Source of the DNA: an uncultured candidatus Brocadiaceae bacterium
Lineage (GTDB): Bacteria > Planctomycetota > UBA1135 > UBA2386
Assembly (NCBI GenBank): GCA_964542765.1
Contig: CAZIVO010000003.1
Location: 11,381 to 75,380 of the forward strand
Direction of reading: 5' to 3'
Length of the DNA stretch: 64,000 nt
The translations under genes were made by a program, and so were the position numbers. Below, piece by piece: positions 42,735 through 51,992 of the stretch. Each line of letters opens with the position of its first letter. The first letter of the stretch is position 1. The notes beneath the pieces are model-generated. The model was not told the DNA's origin, did not search any database, and saw nothing but the letters and a program-made list of their open reading frames with translations.

Positions 42735-43865
42735 TTGAAATCCATGCGGTCAGACCTCGCCAAACGAATGGAGTCCATCCGGCCCAGCGGCATCCGGAGG
42801 ATCTTCGAACTCATCGAGAGCATGGAGGACCCGATCAATCTTTCGATCGGTCAAGCGCATTTCCGGACTCCAGAACCTCTGGTGGAGGCTGCGTGCAAGG
42901 CTCTGCGTGATGGCCATAGCCGCTACACGACGACCCAGGGTTTGCCGGGGCTGAACGAGCGGATTCTGGGCAATATCGAGGAGCGCTATGGTTGCCGGCC
43001 CGAATCGACTTTGGTGACTTCGGGTGTCTCGGGCGGGATCATGATGGCGTTCCTCGCCTTGCTGGACCCGGGCGATGAAGTGTTGCTGCCGGACCCTAAC
43101 TTCATGATGTACCAGCGGCTGGCGGCGATCTGCGGCGCAGAGATTCGCTATTACGACATGTATCCCAGTTGGGGTGTCGATCTTGCCGAGGTCGAAGAGG
43201 CTGTGACCGAGAAGACCAAGATCGTTTTCCTGAACAGCCCGAGCAATCCAACCGGCGGTGTGCTGGATCGCGAGCAGATAGCAGGCCTTGTCGCGGCTGC
43301 GGAGAAGGTGGGGGCCTTCATCGTCTCGGACGAGATTTACGATTCCTTCGTCTACGACCAGGAGCATGTTTCGCCCCTGTCCATGAGCGACCGCGTGATC
43401 CATCTCGGTGGCTACAGCAAGACCTACTTCGTGCCCGGCTGGCGGATGGGCTATGCCACCGGGCCGGCGGCGGTTATCGATGCGATGCAGACGCTACAGC
43501 AGTTCAGTTATGTTTGCGCGCCAGCACCGTTTCAGCATGCGATCCTGGAAGCTGCTTTCGATCTGGATGTGGGTGATTACGTCGATGCTTACCGCAGCAA
43601 TCGGGACTTCGTTGTCGAAAATCTGCATCCGTCCTTTCAGGTCGTGCGGCCCGGGGGGTCCTTCTATGCCTTTCCGTCCTATCCCCCGGGCATCGCCGAA
43701 CCGGTGTTCATGGAGGCTGCTCTCGGTCGCGGCATCCTGACCGTCCCCGGGAGCGCCTTCTCGCGTCGGGACACGAACTTCCGGATTTCTTTCGCGGTCG
43801 ATGATGTGATGCTCAAGCGGGGAATTTCGGGACTCAACGAATTGGCAGAGCAGTTCAAGGAATGA
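42735..43865 (+). CDS. Class I/II PLP-dependent aminotransferase (AspC-like)
   Basis: SGIRRIFEL, NLSIGQAHF, the GLPGL motif, and the PLP-lysine context GGYSKTYFVPGWRMGY. Confidence 0.85.
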   Translation: MKSMRSDLAKRMESIRPSGIRRIFELIESMEDPINLSIGQAHFRTPEPLVEAACKALRDGHSRYTTTQGLPGLNERILGNIEERYGCRPESTLVTSGVSGGIMMAFLALLDPGDEVLLPDPNFMMYQRLAAICGAEIRYYDMYPSWGVDLAEVEEAVTEKTKIVFLNSPSNPTGGVLDREQIAGLVAAAEKVGAFIVSDEIYDSFVYDQEHVSPLSMSDRVIHLGGYSKTYFVPGWRMGYATGPAAVIDAMQTLQQFSYVCAPAPFQHAILEAAFDLDVGDYVDAYRSNRDFVVENLHPSFQVVRPGGSFYAFPSYPPGIAEPVFMEAALGRGILTVPGSAFSRRDTNFRISFAVDDVMLKRGISGLNELAEQFKE

Positions 43866-43963
43866 CATCGGGCTCCTGCGCGCCTCTGGTCGAGATCTTT
43901 GCTTCGATCCAGGGGGATGGCTGGCGAAGCGTTTACCGCGGCGTGGCCCTTTTTGTGAAGCGC

Positions 43964-45121
43964 ATGAGCCTTCGATTCCTCTCGTTGATTCTGTGTGCGA
44001 TCGGATCTGTGGTTGCCCAGGACGAGTCCGTAGCATCACCGGTTGCTTGCCGCTACTGCAAGAGCGAGGGTGAACGCGTGTGCAAGAAGCACGGTCGGTT
44101 TCTGGAGTCCGATCGCGCGGTTCTCCAGTGCAGCGTGGCGGCGGCATGCCGCACTTGCGCCGGTGCGCTGGCAGTGGATTGCAAGATCTGCAAGAACGAG
44201 GTTGTCGAGAGAACCGCGGCGGAACGCCGTGAGCAGGCCCGGATCTGGCTCGCCGGTCGGCGAAAGGCGGTCGATGCCATCGCCAAGAACTCGGACCTCT
44301 TGCACGTGAAGACCGCTCACCTGGATCTGGCCTTCTCGATCCGCCCTCAACTCGTCGGGCGTCGCAAGCTGGACACGCACCAGTTGATGCATCTCTACGC
44401 CGACAGGATCGAGGCTCTGCGCAGTGACTTCATCCTTTCGTTCAAACTCCGCAAGGATGAGTTACCTGCTCGATTGCAGGTCTACATGTTCGGGGACCGA
44501 CGAGACCATCGGCTCGTCTCGCCGCGAGTTGCCGGCGGTGGCGGCGGCGGTTCCGGGATGAAGTTGATGGGTGTCGATGCCGTTTATTGCATGTATCAGG
44601 AGCCGCTGACGATGTCCGGTGATGAGGCGTTGCACCGAAACATCGTGCATAGTGTCGCGCATCTGCTCATCTCCAACTTGCGACCCGAAGTTTGGCTCGG
44701 CAATCTCGGGCATGGCTGGATCGATGCCGGGGTTGCCCACTGGTTCGAGGACCGGATCACCGGCGGCTGTTCGAATTATTGCTACGAGGAGGTCGGCGCG
44801 AAGAAGGGGTCCTACAAGGGTGGCCACTGGCGTGTGCCGGTTCGTCGAGCAATAGAGTCTGGCAAACACGAGAGCTTCGTTGTTGTTTCGAAGCTCAACA
44901 CGGATCAGCTGACCTGGCCGCAGCATGCGCTGGCCTTCGCCTACGTCGATTTCCTGGTCGCGTCCTTCTCGGGCCGTGCCTTCGCTGATTTTGTATCGGC
45001 GATCAAGAGGGGCGACGCCGTCCGCGATGCTCTGGTTGCGACTTTCGAGATGAAGATCCTGGAGTTTGATGACGTCTTCACTGCGTGGGTGAAGAAGAAC
45101 TATCCGTTGGAGGGGCGATGA
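43964..45121 (+). CDS. Exported protein: Cys-rich zinc-ribbon-like N-domain plus a DUF1570/peptidase-MA-like domain
   Basis: The signal peptide MSLRFLSLILCAIGSVVAQ begins at ATG 43964; the ORF track start is 43862. There are four CxxC pairs (CRYC..VCKKH..CRTC..CKIC). These are followed by IVHSVAHLLISN...HGWIDAGVAHWFED. The family call rests on recollection. Confidence 0.5.
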   Translation: MSLRFLSLILCAIGSVVAQDESVASPVACRYCKSEGERVCKKHGRFLESDRAVLQCSVAAACRTCAGALAVDCKICKNEVVERTAAERREQARIWLAGRRKAVDAIAKNSDLLHVKTAHLDLAFSIRPQLVGRRKLDTHQLMHLYADRIEALRSDFILSFKLRKDELPARLQVYMFGDRRDHRLVSPRVAGGGGGGSGMKLMGVDAVYCMYQEPLTMSGDEALHRNIVHSVAHLLISNLRPEVWLGNLGHGWIDAGVAHWFEDRITGGCSNYCYEEVGAKKGSYKGGHWRVPVRRAIESGKHESFVVVSKLNTDQLTWPQHALAFAYVDFLVASFSGRAFADFVSAIKRGDAVRDALVATFEMKILEFDDVFTAWVKKNYPLEGR

Positions 45122-46581
45122 TCATGATTCGTGTCTTGGCCGGGGTTCTCCTTGCGGGGCTCGTCAGTGCGCAGCCGCTGCTGCGCGAAAGGCGGACCCA
45201 TGCGCGGGTTCTAGAACTCCGTCATCAACTGCTCTGCGAACTCGAGGGTGCGAGCGCGGATCTTCTCGCAGGTGTGGCCGCGGATCTTCTCTCCGATGCG
45301 GAGGGATCAGCCTTTCTGCCCCTGGCTCGTGCGCTGGCTCGTGTGCGATCGGTGAAGGCTGATGCAGCTTTCGTTTTTCGACATGGGGTGCAAGTCTTTG
45401 CGATGCCCGAAATTATCGATGGCGATCGGTACAAGGAGGCTGCGGTGACCGTGCACTTGCCGTTCCGCCCCGAGCCAGTGGGGCGATTGACTTTTCGGGT
45501 GGTCGTGCGCGATGGGGGGGGGAAGACGGTCTGGAATTCTGCCATCGAAGAGCGGACATCGATGGATGATCTTCTCCGCTTCACTTGCGGAACGAAGATC
45601 CCGATCAAAGACCTTCCCGATGGTCGCTACGCGGTCGATGTCGAGACTCTCATCGAAGGGGTATCACCGCGCCCGGCCGATCCTCGCTCCACCACCTGCT
45701 TCCATGTGCAGCGCGATCTGGCCGAGCGGGTCAACCGACTGGCCGAGGGCTACAAGGCCCTGGAATCGAGCGAGAAGAGTGGCCCACATCAGGTGGCGAT
45801 GCTGGTCGGGATGCTGGCGCGGATCCAGCGCGTGATCGAGGGTGAGCCGCCTTCCGGCAAGAGTCTTGGCGGCAAGGATCTGGACGATGCTTTGCGTCTG
45901 CTGGAGAACATCGAAAAGGGGGTCCCCCCTCTCGCCGGTCTGCGTGGCTGGGTGACGATCGGGGTGGTGGTCGGCGAGGATGAACCCGCGATGGTTCGCC
46001 TTCGCTTGCCGGTGGCGGGGGAGGCTCCACGGCCCCTGGTTCTTTTCGTGCCGGGTTCGCCGGCTTATTCGTCGACTTGGTGGCGACCGACTTCTCCGAG
46101 GTCGGTGGCGCCGGGTTGGTTAGCCGATGAACTCGATATCGTCGGCTTCGATTCCGATGCTCGCTGGCACCTTGCCGTGATGGAGTCGCCCGGGCGTTAC
46201 CAGGGGAGTGCTCGGGTGGTGCGAGGAGTGATCGACGGATTACGCAAGATGTTACCGGTGGGAGAAGTTGTTCTCGTGGGTGAGCGCGAGGGGGCTCTCG
46301 CCGCGGTGCAGACTGTCGTCGAAACAACCGACCTTGCTGTCGGGGTTGTTCTGATCGCTGGGGGATCGCTGGGTCCTGCGGATGCTGACACTCTCGCAGG
46401 CCAGGTGCGAATGCTGTGCATTCCGGCAACGGGGTACCCCGGCAACCACAATCTGCGTCGGTTGGCCGACCTGCTCGAAAAGGGTGTCGAGATGCTCGAT
46501 GCCGGGGGGCGACCCTGGCCGATGGCCCTGGGGATATCGGCCCGAGAGATCGAGGGTTTCGTGACCGAACTCGGCAGGTGA
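45118..46581 (+). CDS. Exported hypothetical protein with a C-terminal alpha/beta-hydrolase-like region lacking an obvious nucleophile
   Basis: ATG 45118 gives MIMIRVLAGVLLAGLVSAQ (signal peptide) and an ATGA overlap with the upstream gene. LVLFVPGSP...VVLVGEREGAL shows G-E-R-E-G where a GxSxG motif would be expected. Confidence 0.5.
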   Translation: MIMIRVLAGVLLAGLVSAQPLLRERRTHARVLELRHQLLCELEGASADLLAGVAADLLSDAEGSAFLPLARALARVRSVKADAAFVFRHGVQVFAMPEIIDGDRYKEAAVTVHLPFRPEPVGRLTFRVVVRDGGGKTVWNSAIEERTSMDDLLRFTCGTKIPIKDLPDGRYAVDVETLIEGVSPRPADPRSTTCFHVQRDLAERVNRLAEGYKALESSEKSGPHQVAMLVGMLARIQRVIEGEPPSGKSLGGKDLDDALRLLENIEKGVPPLAGLRGWVTIGVVVGEDEPAMVRLRLPVAGEAPRPLVLFVPGSPAYSSTWWRPTSPRSVAPGWLADELDIVGFDSDARWHLAVMESPGRYQGSARVVRGVIDGLRKMLPVGEVVLVGEREGALAAVQTVVETTDLAVGVVLIAGGSLGPADADTLAGQVRMLCIPATGYPGNHNLRRLADLLEKGVEMLDAGGRPWPMALGISAREIEGFVTELGR

Positions 46582-46584
46582 CGA

Positions 46585-47211
46585 TCAGTTCTTTGGTGCG
46601 GTGGCGAGCACCAACCACTGTTCGCTGACAAGGCGGCGTAGAGGTGCAACGGCGATTGGTTCCATCCCCGCCTCCCTCAGTTCCGTGGCGAATCGTCGCC
46701 AGGAGATGGCGTTCCTGTTGCTGCGTTTTTTGCCCAGGCGGCGAGCGATGCAGCGACGAAGATGCTGAAGGCTCCAGAAATGGAAGTATGACACGATGAC
46801 ATTCTTGCGCGAGACCCTGGCCAGTTCCCGGAGAATGGCGACGCGCTCCGTCGGTGTCGCGATGTGGTGAAGAAGGCGCATGCAAAGAACCCCGTCGAAG
46901 GCATCGTCGGCGAAGGGCAAGGCCAGCGCTGATGCCTGGACCCGTGGCCATTTATCTCCGCAAGCTTCCAACATTTTAGGATCGCGGTCGGATCGCACCA
47001 CATTTCCCGGAAGAAGCTCGCTGAGGCGCCCGGCACCACTGGGGAGGTCGAGCCAGAGACCGTCGTCGGCGCCTGCTCGGTCGAGCAGACCCCCGATCGC
47101 ACGGGATTCACGGCGATGAGTGCCGGGGCCTGTGCCCGAGGTGAAGCGTTGATCCCGGTAACGGACGGCGTATCCGGGTTCGCGCAGGTAAGGGCTTTCC
47201 TTGGGTGTCAC
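46585..47211 (-). CDS. Class I SAM-dependent methyltransferase
   Basis: The motif I region is WLDLPSGAGRLSELL. FDGVLCMRLLHHI is typical of Methyltransf_11-like proteins. Confidence 0.7.
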   Translation of the reverse strand: MTPKESPYLREPGYAVRYRDQRFTSGTGPGTHRRESRAIGGLLDRAGADDGLWLDLPSGAGRLSELLPGNVVRSDRDPKMLEACGDKWPRVQASALALPFADDAFDGVLCMRLLHHIATPTERVAILRELARVSRKNVIVSYFHFWSLQHLRRCIARRLGKKRSNRNAISWRRFATELREAGMEPIAVAPLRRLVSEQWLVLATAPKN

Positions 47212-47279
47212 AGAAATATGCTATGCCCGCTGACACGGGTCGGATCAAGCCCTGAGCGCCTGGATGCCGATGAGAATGG

Positions 47280-47564
47280 ATGGCGCAGGAGGCCAGTATG
47301 GATAGTCGAAACAATCAGGTTGATCAGAAGGAACGCAGGATATCGGATCGCAACTCGATGACGCAGTCTGTTGAGGTCAGGTTCCCCGAGGAACCGGTGA
47401 CCGGGCCGGGGCAGAATCTTTCCGAGGATGGAGTGCTCTTCGTCACGCAAGAGTCGTTGCGTGTGCGGGTCCGTATCGGAGATGAGCAGTGGGTCGACGG
47501 TGAACTCATCCGTGTGCAGAACATGGGCGAGGGGCGTATTGGTGTGGCTGTGAAGTTCGTCTGA
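47280..47564 (+). CDS. Stand-alone PilZ-domain (c-di-GMP receptor) protein
   Basis: RRISDR matches RRxxxR, and 25 residues later NLSEDG matches (D/N)xSxxG. At 94 aa it is a single-domain protein. Confidence 0.7.
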   Translation: MAQEASMDSRNNQVDQKERRISDRNSMTQSVEVRFPEEPVTGPGQNLSEDGVLFVTQESLRVRVRIGDEQWVDGELIRVQNMGEGRIGVAVKFV

Positions 47565-48141
47565 CCGACGACCTGTCGAGAAGCCAGTCAGATCCTCACC
47601 GATGAGTACCGGTCTGCGGTGAGAGCATGGGATCGCAGGGACCCAGATTTTCGTTTGCGACATTCCATGGCGAGGCTCGGAAGGCTTGCCGAGTGGATCC
47701 GGATCGGGGAGTCGGTTTCGCCGCCCCCTGGAACCGGTATCTGGTTGCGCGGGTTTGGATCGAGCGACCCGATGAGGCAGGTGGGATGGAGATGTGATGG
47801 TATGGCTGTAGTCGCCATCGCGCGGGCCTGTTGGCATCCCTGCAAAAAATCAGTCCGGGCCGGTTGGCGGACGGTGAGTCAGGGGGTAATATTCCTTACT
47901 GGCCCGAATTAGGGCGTTTTCAGAGGAACACGATCAGTCCTTTGTTTCGTCCGTGGGTCGACTCCCGTCCGCTCTGTTCATCCAGCTACGCTGGGTAGGC
48001 AGGGTTTTCTTCCTCCTAGATGATCCCTATCCGACGTTTCTCTACCCCTGTTTGTCCCGAGTGTTGGGCCCAAATCAACCGGTTATCGGGGCAGCGTTGT
48101 TTCGGGGTTGGAGACCACATCTCTGCCACAAGGAATTTTCG

Positions 48142-49326
48142 ATGAAGCTTCACATGTACACCTCAGCTCTCTTGGTTGCTGCAGGCGCAGTCGCTCAAGG
48201 TGCGGATCAGAATCGCCTGGAAATCAATAACCGTCCGTGGCTTGTTATTTCCGCCACGCTGCACCCCACTACCACAAAGAACTACAACTGGGCCTCTGCG
48301 GTTCCTGCGAGCTACTGGAACGCTGGTCCTGGCGTCGCCAAGGGTCACGTCAGCTCTTTCTGGATTCCGCGCGAAGTCCAGACGGTTCGTGAGGATCGTA
48401 AGGTTGGCGGTACCTATATCGGTATTCGCCCTTCAGCTGCTACCGCGGCGTTCCCCTACAGCGGCTACGTCCCCGAGACTTCGGTCACTCCGACCAAGAG
48501 CCTGGCAGGCTCTGGCGGATGGTTCAATGGCGAAGATCGCACTGCGGATCTCGCGGCGAAGGCCTTTGTTACGATCCCTCAGCGGCCCCATACATTTGCG
48601 TCACATGGCAACTTCGTCGTTGCGACGACGCTCTCGACACCGGCGACGATTCCCGCCGGAAAGAACAGCGAAGATATCGCCTTTGCCTGGAAGTGGAACG
48701 GTGGCGAGCAGCGCGATCTCGCGGCCACGGCCGCGAAGCCGTCGCAGTCGATGTTCTCGACCTTCTCTTGCGGTATCCACACCCCAACCGTGTGTGATGA
48801 GCATGCTTCCGCGACAGCGGTGGTGGCGCGGTCCGTTGACTTTGCGACCACCTGGGGTGGCATGAGTCTGGCCGACCAAGTCGTCCTGCATCAGGTCGCT
48901 CGTGTTGGCTATCGGCGTGACGTGCGTCTCGAGCCAAGGGTTGTTTCGACCTCGGTTGGCGTTGGCCAGAACGACCTCGCTGCCGCTGCTGACACCTTCG
49001 GCTGGGAGATCAAGGCCGGAGCAAAGCGCGCCAACAACAATGCTGGCCTGCTGTTCAACTTTGGCCCCGTGTTCCCGGCCAAGTTCAATCTGATGGGTCT
49101 GACTCTGGAGCTCAATCCGGCAGATGCCACTCTCGGTAGCTTGAATGCTCTGAACGGCACGGTGGATGCGCAAGGCCTCTTTTCCACTGCGCTGATTCCC
49201 TTCCCGGTCCTTGGGCCGACGGCGCTCAAGGCCACCTTCGGTGTTGAGGGTGTTTGCATGAACCTCGGTGGTGGTCCTGTCAAGCTCACTTCAACGGGTT
49301 CGGTTTGGAGTAAGGTGAGCCGCTAA
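48142..49326 (+). CDS. Exported hypothetical protein (394 aa, A/T/S/G/V-rich), probable surface or outer-membrane protein
   Basis: ATG 48142 is preceded by aaggaattttcg (SD). The signal peptide is MKLHMYTSALLVAAGAVAQG. I recognise no motif. A very strong terminator follows immediately. Confidence 0.6.
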   Translation: MKLHMYTSALLVAAGAVAQGADQNRLEINNRPWLVISATLHPTTTKNYNWASAVPASYWNAGPGVAKGHVSSFWIPREVQTVREDRKVGGTYIGIRPSAATAAFPYSGYVPETSVTPTKSLAGSGGWFNGEDRTADLAAKAFVTIPQRPHTFASHGNFVVATTLSTPATIPAGKNSEDIAFAWKWNGGEQRDLAATAAKPSQSMFSTFSCGIHTPTVCDEHASATAVVARSVDFATTWGGMSLADQVVLHQVARVGYRRDVRLEPRVVSTSVGVGQNDLAAAADTFGWEIKAGAKRANNNAGLLFNFGPVFPAKFNLMGLTLELNPADATLGSLNALNGTVDAQGLFSTALIPFPVLGPTALKATFGVEGVCMNLGGGPVKLTSTGSVWSKVSR

Positions 49327-49352
49327 TATCGCGCGCATCGCCCGAGCAAAAG

Positions 49353-49382
49353 GCCTCCGGACCGCGGTCCGGAGGCTTTTTT
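49353..49382 (+). terminator. Strong rho-independent terminator (11-bp GC-rich stem gcctccggacc/ggtccggaggc, then T6); the flanking A-run makes it potentially bidirectional
   Basis: Read directly: aaaaggcctccggaccgcggtccggaggctttttt. Confidence 0.85.
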
Positions 49383-49464
49383 CGTGGAGTTTCCCCGCCT
49401 TGGTCGGCGGACCTTGGGGGTGGAGCGAGATGATTCGATGCGGCTGTAGAACTGGGATATACTC

Positions 49465-50040
49465 GTGACCATGAAGCCAATGGTGGTGGTGATTCTTGCC
49501 GTGTTGGGGGCGCTAGCAGTCGGCGTTCTATGGGCGGGTGGGCTCTTCGGTGATCGCATTGACCCTGAACCTGCTGCCGGGATATCCGGTTCCGGTGGTT
49601 CCGATCGCCCCGACAGCTTTGGTTCCGCCGAGGTCGAGGCCGCGGCGAGCAAGGCAAACTTGCCCGCGATCGCCTTCAAGAAGTTGTTACCGAATTCTCG
49701 GGTTCTGATGAATATTCCGTTCAACAAGGTTGGCGGTATCCCTGTGGGAAATGGCACCTACCTGCCGCTGCTGAACGGTGTTCCATCGGCCCCGGTCATC
49801 AGCCGTGAGGAGTCTGCTGGCCCGGTTCCGCCGGTCATTGCGAAGATTGTCGATCACGAAGGCACTGAATTCTGGGAGCATTCCGATGGGTCGACGACGA
49901 CCTCACGCTGGGTCGATACCTGGAATAATGGAGTCAAGCTGCGCCAGGTTCTCACTGACCATGCCGCCAGATTGCCCGACAAGAACGCTATCCAGCGGGG
50001 CGGCTCGCCGGGAGCCTCTTCGGGGAATGCCGGTAAGTAA
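49465..50040 (+). CDS. N-terminally membrane-anchored hypothetical protein
   Basis: The TM segment is PMVVVILAVLGALAVGVLWAGG. A Gly/Ser linker and a soluble domain of about 120 aa follow. I recognise no motifs. Confidence 0.5.
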   Translation: MTMKPMVVVILAVLGALAVGVLWAGGLFGDRIDPEPAAGISGSGGSDRPDSFGSAEVEAAASKANLPAIAFKKLLPNSRVLMNIPFNKVGGIPVGNGTYLPLLNGVPSAPVISREESAGPVPPVIAKIVDHEGTEFWEHSDGSTTTSRWVDTWNNGVKLRQVLTDHAARLPDKNAIQRGGSPGASSGNAGK

Positions 50041-50047
50041 GCCTGTG

Positions 50048-50068
50048 GTGCCATCCGGCACGCTTTTA
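50048..50068 (+). terminator. Terminator-like hairpin gtgcc-atcc-ggcac followed by gctttta
   Basis: Read directly, 8 nt after the stop at 50040. The stem is short. Confidence 0.4.
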
Positions 50069-50108
50069 CAGATCCCGGACTCTCCTGGCACCGGCGGAGA
50101 GATGCGTC

Positions 50109-50753
50109 TTACTGGAAGCAGGCCGGTGGGCGGCGAAGCCGATCGAGGTGGGGCTCCATCGCCTGGAACAGGCGCTGGCGCGCTCGCATGATCCGGATGG
50201 CAACCGTGCCGGAAGGCAGGCTGAGCATCCGACTCGCCACCGCGTAAGGGATTTCTTCGCAAACACACATCTGGAAGATCTGGCGGTAGTGCTCGGGGAG
50301 AGCTTCGACGGCTTTTCTGAAGACTTCTGCTAACTCACGCTCCTCGGCATCGCGGCCGTGGCCGTTCGAACGAAGGATCTCCAAGACCGTGTGTCCATCG
50401 TCACTGGTGGTGGAGAGAGAGCTTACGGGCCGCGGTTGTCGGGCATGGCTGCGGAGATCTGACAAGGCTTGATTGCGAGCTATCTCGAGCAACCAGGCGG
50501 AAAAGTTCGTCCCTTGCCGGTAGAGATGGCTCTTGAGGAAGACCTTCATGAAGACTTCCTGGGCGATGTCTTGCGAGAGGTGAGCATCCTTCACCAGATG
50601 GCGGACTCGCCGAAGGACCTTGCCCATGTAGCGGGTTTGCAGTTCCGCTAATCCGGCTTCGGCGTCCCCGGCATTGATGAGCGTGACGAGTTCGTCGTCG
50701 GTCATCGTGGACGGATGGTGTGGCGAGGAGCATCCTTGGGCAGTTGTATTCAT
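50109..50753 (-). CDS. ECF-type RNA polymerase sigma-70 family factor
   Basis: Region 2 is DAHLSQDIAQEVFMKVF...FSAWLLEIARN. The region 4 HTH is EIPYAVASRMLSLPSGTVAIRIMRARQRL. The start may be an internal Met (MTDDELV). Confidence 0.85.
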   Translation of the reverse strand: MNTTAQGCSSPHHPSTMTDDELVTLINAGDAEAGLAELQTRYMGKVLRRVRHLVKDAHLSQDIAQEVFMKVFLKSHLYRQGTNFSAWLLEIARNQALSDLRSHARQPRPVSSLSTTSDDGHTVLEILRSNGHGRDAEERELAEVFRKAVEALPEHYRQIFQMCVCEEIPYAVASRMLSLPSGTVAIRIMRARQRLFQAMEPHLDRLRRPPACFQ

Positions 50754-50972
50754 GGTTTGTCTCTCGCAAGGGAGACATCAACTGGCGTGCCACGCGACAA
50801 AAAAATCCCTCCCCCTAGAAACCCTTGTGAAAGGGGGTCCCAGAGGTCTTTCCTGAGAAGGCTGTGGGCAGGTGCTGCCGCGAGTAGGCACCTTCTGCCA
50901 GCTTGATAAGGCAGCTCGCTCAACCCGTGGGTTGAGCTTCGTACCGCATTTGAGCATCGACCGATGTGGTCG

Positions 50973-51974
50973 TCACACCACGAAGAGTTCATTGCCGCCG
51001 GCCAGGGCAGCATCGAGGAGGGCGATGTTCGACGGAGCCTTATCGTCTTCGCTGCCATGGACGAGGTGTCCGAATCTCAGACGTCTGAGGGCGAGATAGA
51101 CCAGTGCTGCTCGCAGCCCCCATTCCATCCGGACCCGCTCCGAACCGATTCGTGCACCGAAGTAACGCTGTAGCAAGGAGTGCTTCCAGTCGGGCGATCG
51201 TGTGCTGTGGATCCAGAACCATGCAAAATCATGGTCCTCATTGCCGATTCCGATTCGTTCAAAGTCGAGGAGGAATGGCTGCCCCTCCTCGTTGACAAGG
51301 AGGTTTTCCTCGGTGAAGTCTCCGTGCACGACGACTTGTTCCCGTGACTCGATCCAGCGAAGCGCTTCCTTGTAGAAATCCTGGCAGCGTGACCAGCGTT
51401 GCTCACCGATCGCCAGGATGAGGACCTCATACATCAACCGAACGCGCTCGAGATAGCTGATCGGATCCCATCGATTGAGCGGGAAGTGGCGCCGCCCGAT
51501 CAGGGATTCCGGGGAAATCTGTCGGAGTTTGGTGAGCAGTTCGAAGACGTGATCCTGCCCCAGGATTTCTTCAGCTGGCCCGACCGCTCCGATGACTCTC
51601 TCCAGCAGGATCCAATGCGGCGGGTCTTCGATATCGATCAGGACCGTCTTCGGCGCCGGGATGTCCTTGCGATCGGGGTCTGTGGTATCCAGGAAGCGAT
51701 AAAAGGCGGCTTCCCGTCGCGGATATTCATCGAGCCGAACGCCAGCCGGATAAAATGTCCCATCCTCGGGCACGACGAAAAACTTCAGCAAGAAGGGTTC
51801 GGCAGCCGCCCCCGAACAAGGAAGCAGCAGGGAAGAGTGGCGGTCTGATCTGTAGCGGACGGACGGATCGTCATGCAGTTGCAACCCGAGTTCCTCGATA
51901 ACCGCAACTGCGGCCTCCCAATTCCGGTCAGCCGCAGCCTTGTCAGCGGGGAGATTCTCAGGAGTGTGGGACAA
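50973..51974 (-). CDS. Aminoglycoside-phosphotransferase (APH)/protein-kinase-like fold enzyme
   Basis: The catalytic loop is VVHGDFTEENLLV, followed by LLDFERIGIGNEDHDFAWF (DFE/D motif). Confidence 0.7.
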   Translation of the reverse strand: MSHTPENLPADKAAADRNWEAAVAVIEELGLQLHDDPSVRYRSDRHSSLLLPCSGAAAEPFLLKFFVVPEDGTFYPAGVRLDEYPRREAAFYRFLDTTDPDRKDIPAPKTVLIDIEDPPHWILLERVIGAVGPAEEILGQDHVFELLTKLRQISPESLIGRRHFPLNRWDPISYLERVRLMYEVLILAIGEQRWSRCQDFYKEALRWIESREQVVVHGDFTEENLLVNEEGQPFLLDFERIGIGNEDHDFAWFWIHSTRSPDWKHSLLQRYFGARIGSERVRMEWGLRAALVYLALRRLRFGHLVHGSEDDKAPSNIALLDAALAGGNELFVV

Positions 51975-51992
51975 ATCCGTGCAGCTTCCTGC

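Noticed and set aside
45731-46951. 406-aa minus-strand ORF
   Set aside because: It is extremely R/P/S-rich (typical off-frame GC-rich translation). It overlaps both the exported hypothetical (+) and the real methyltransferase frame.
47208-47837. 209-aa minus-strand ORF
   Set aside because: It overlaps the PilZ gene in antisense. It is P/R/H/T-rich without motifs or a plausible start context.
47833-47850. Sigma-54-like element ttggcatccctgcaaaa upstream of the exported protein gene
   Set aside because: The GG to GC spacing is about 8 nt instead of the 10 nt required by the TGGCAC-N5-TTGC consensus.
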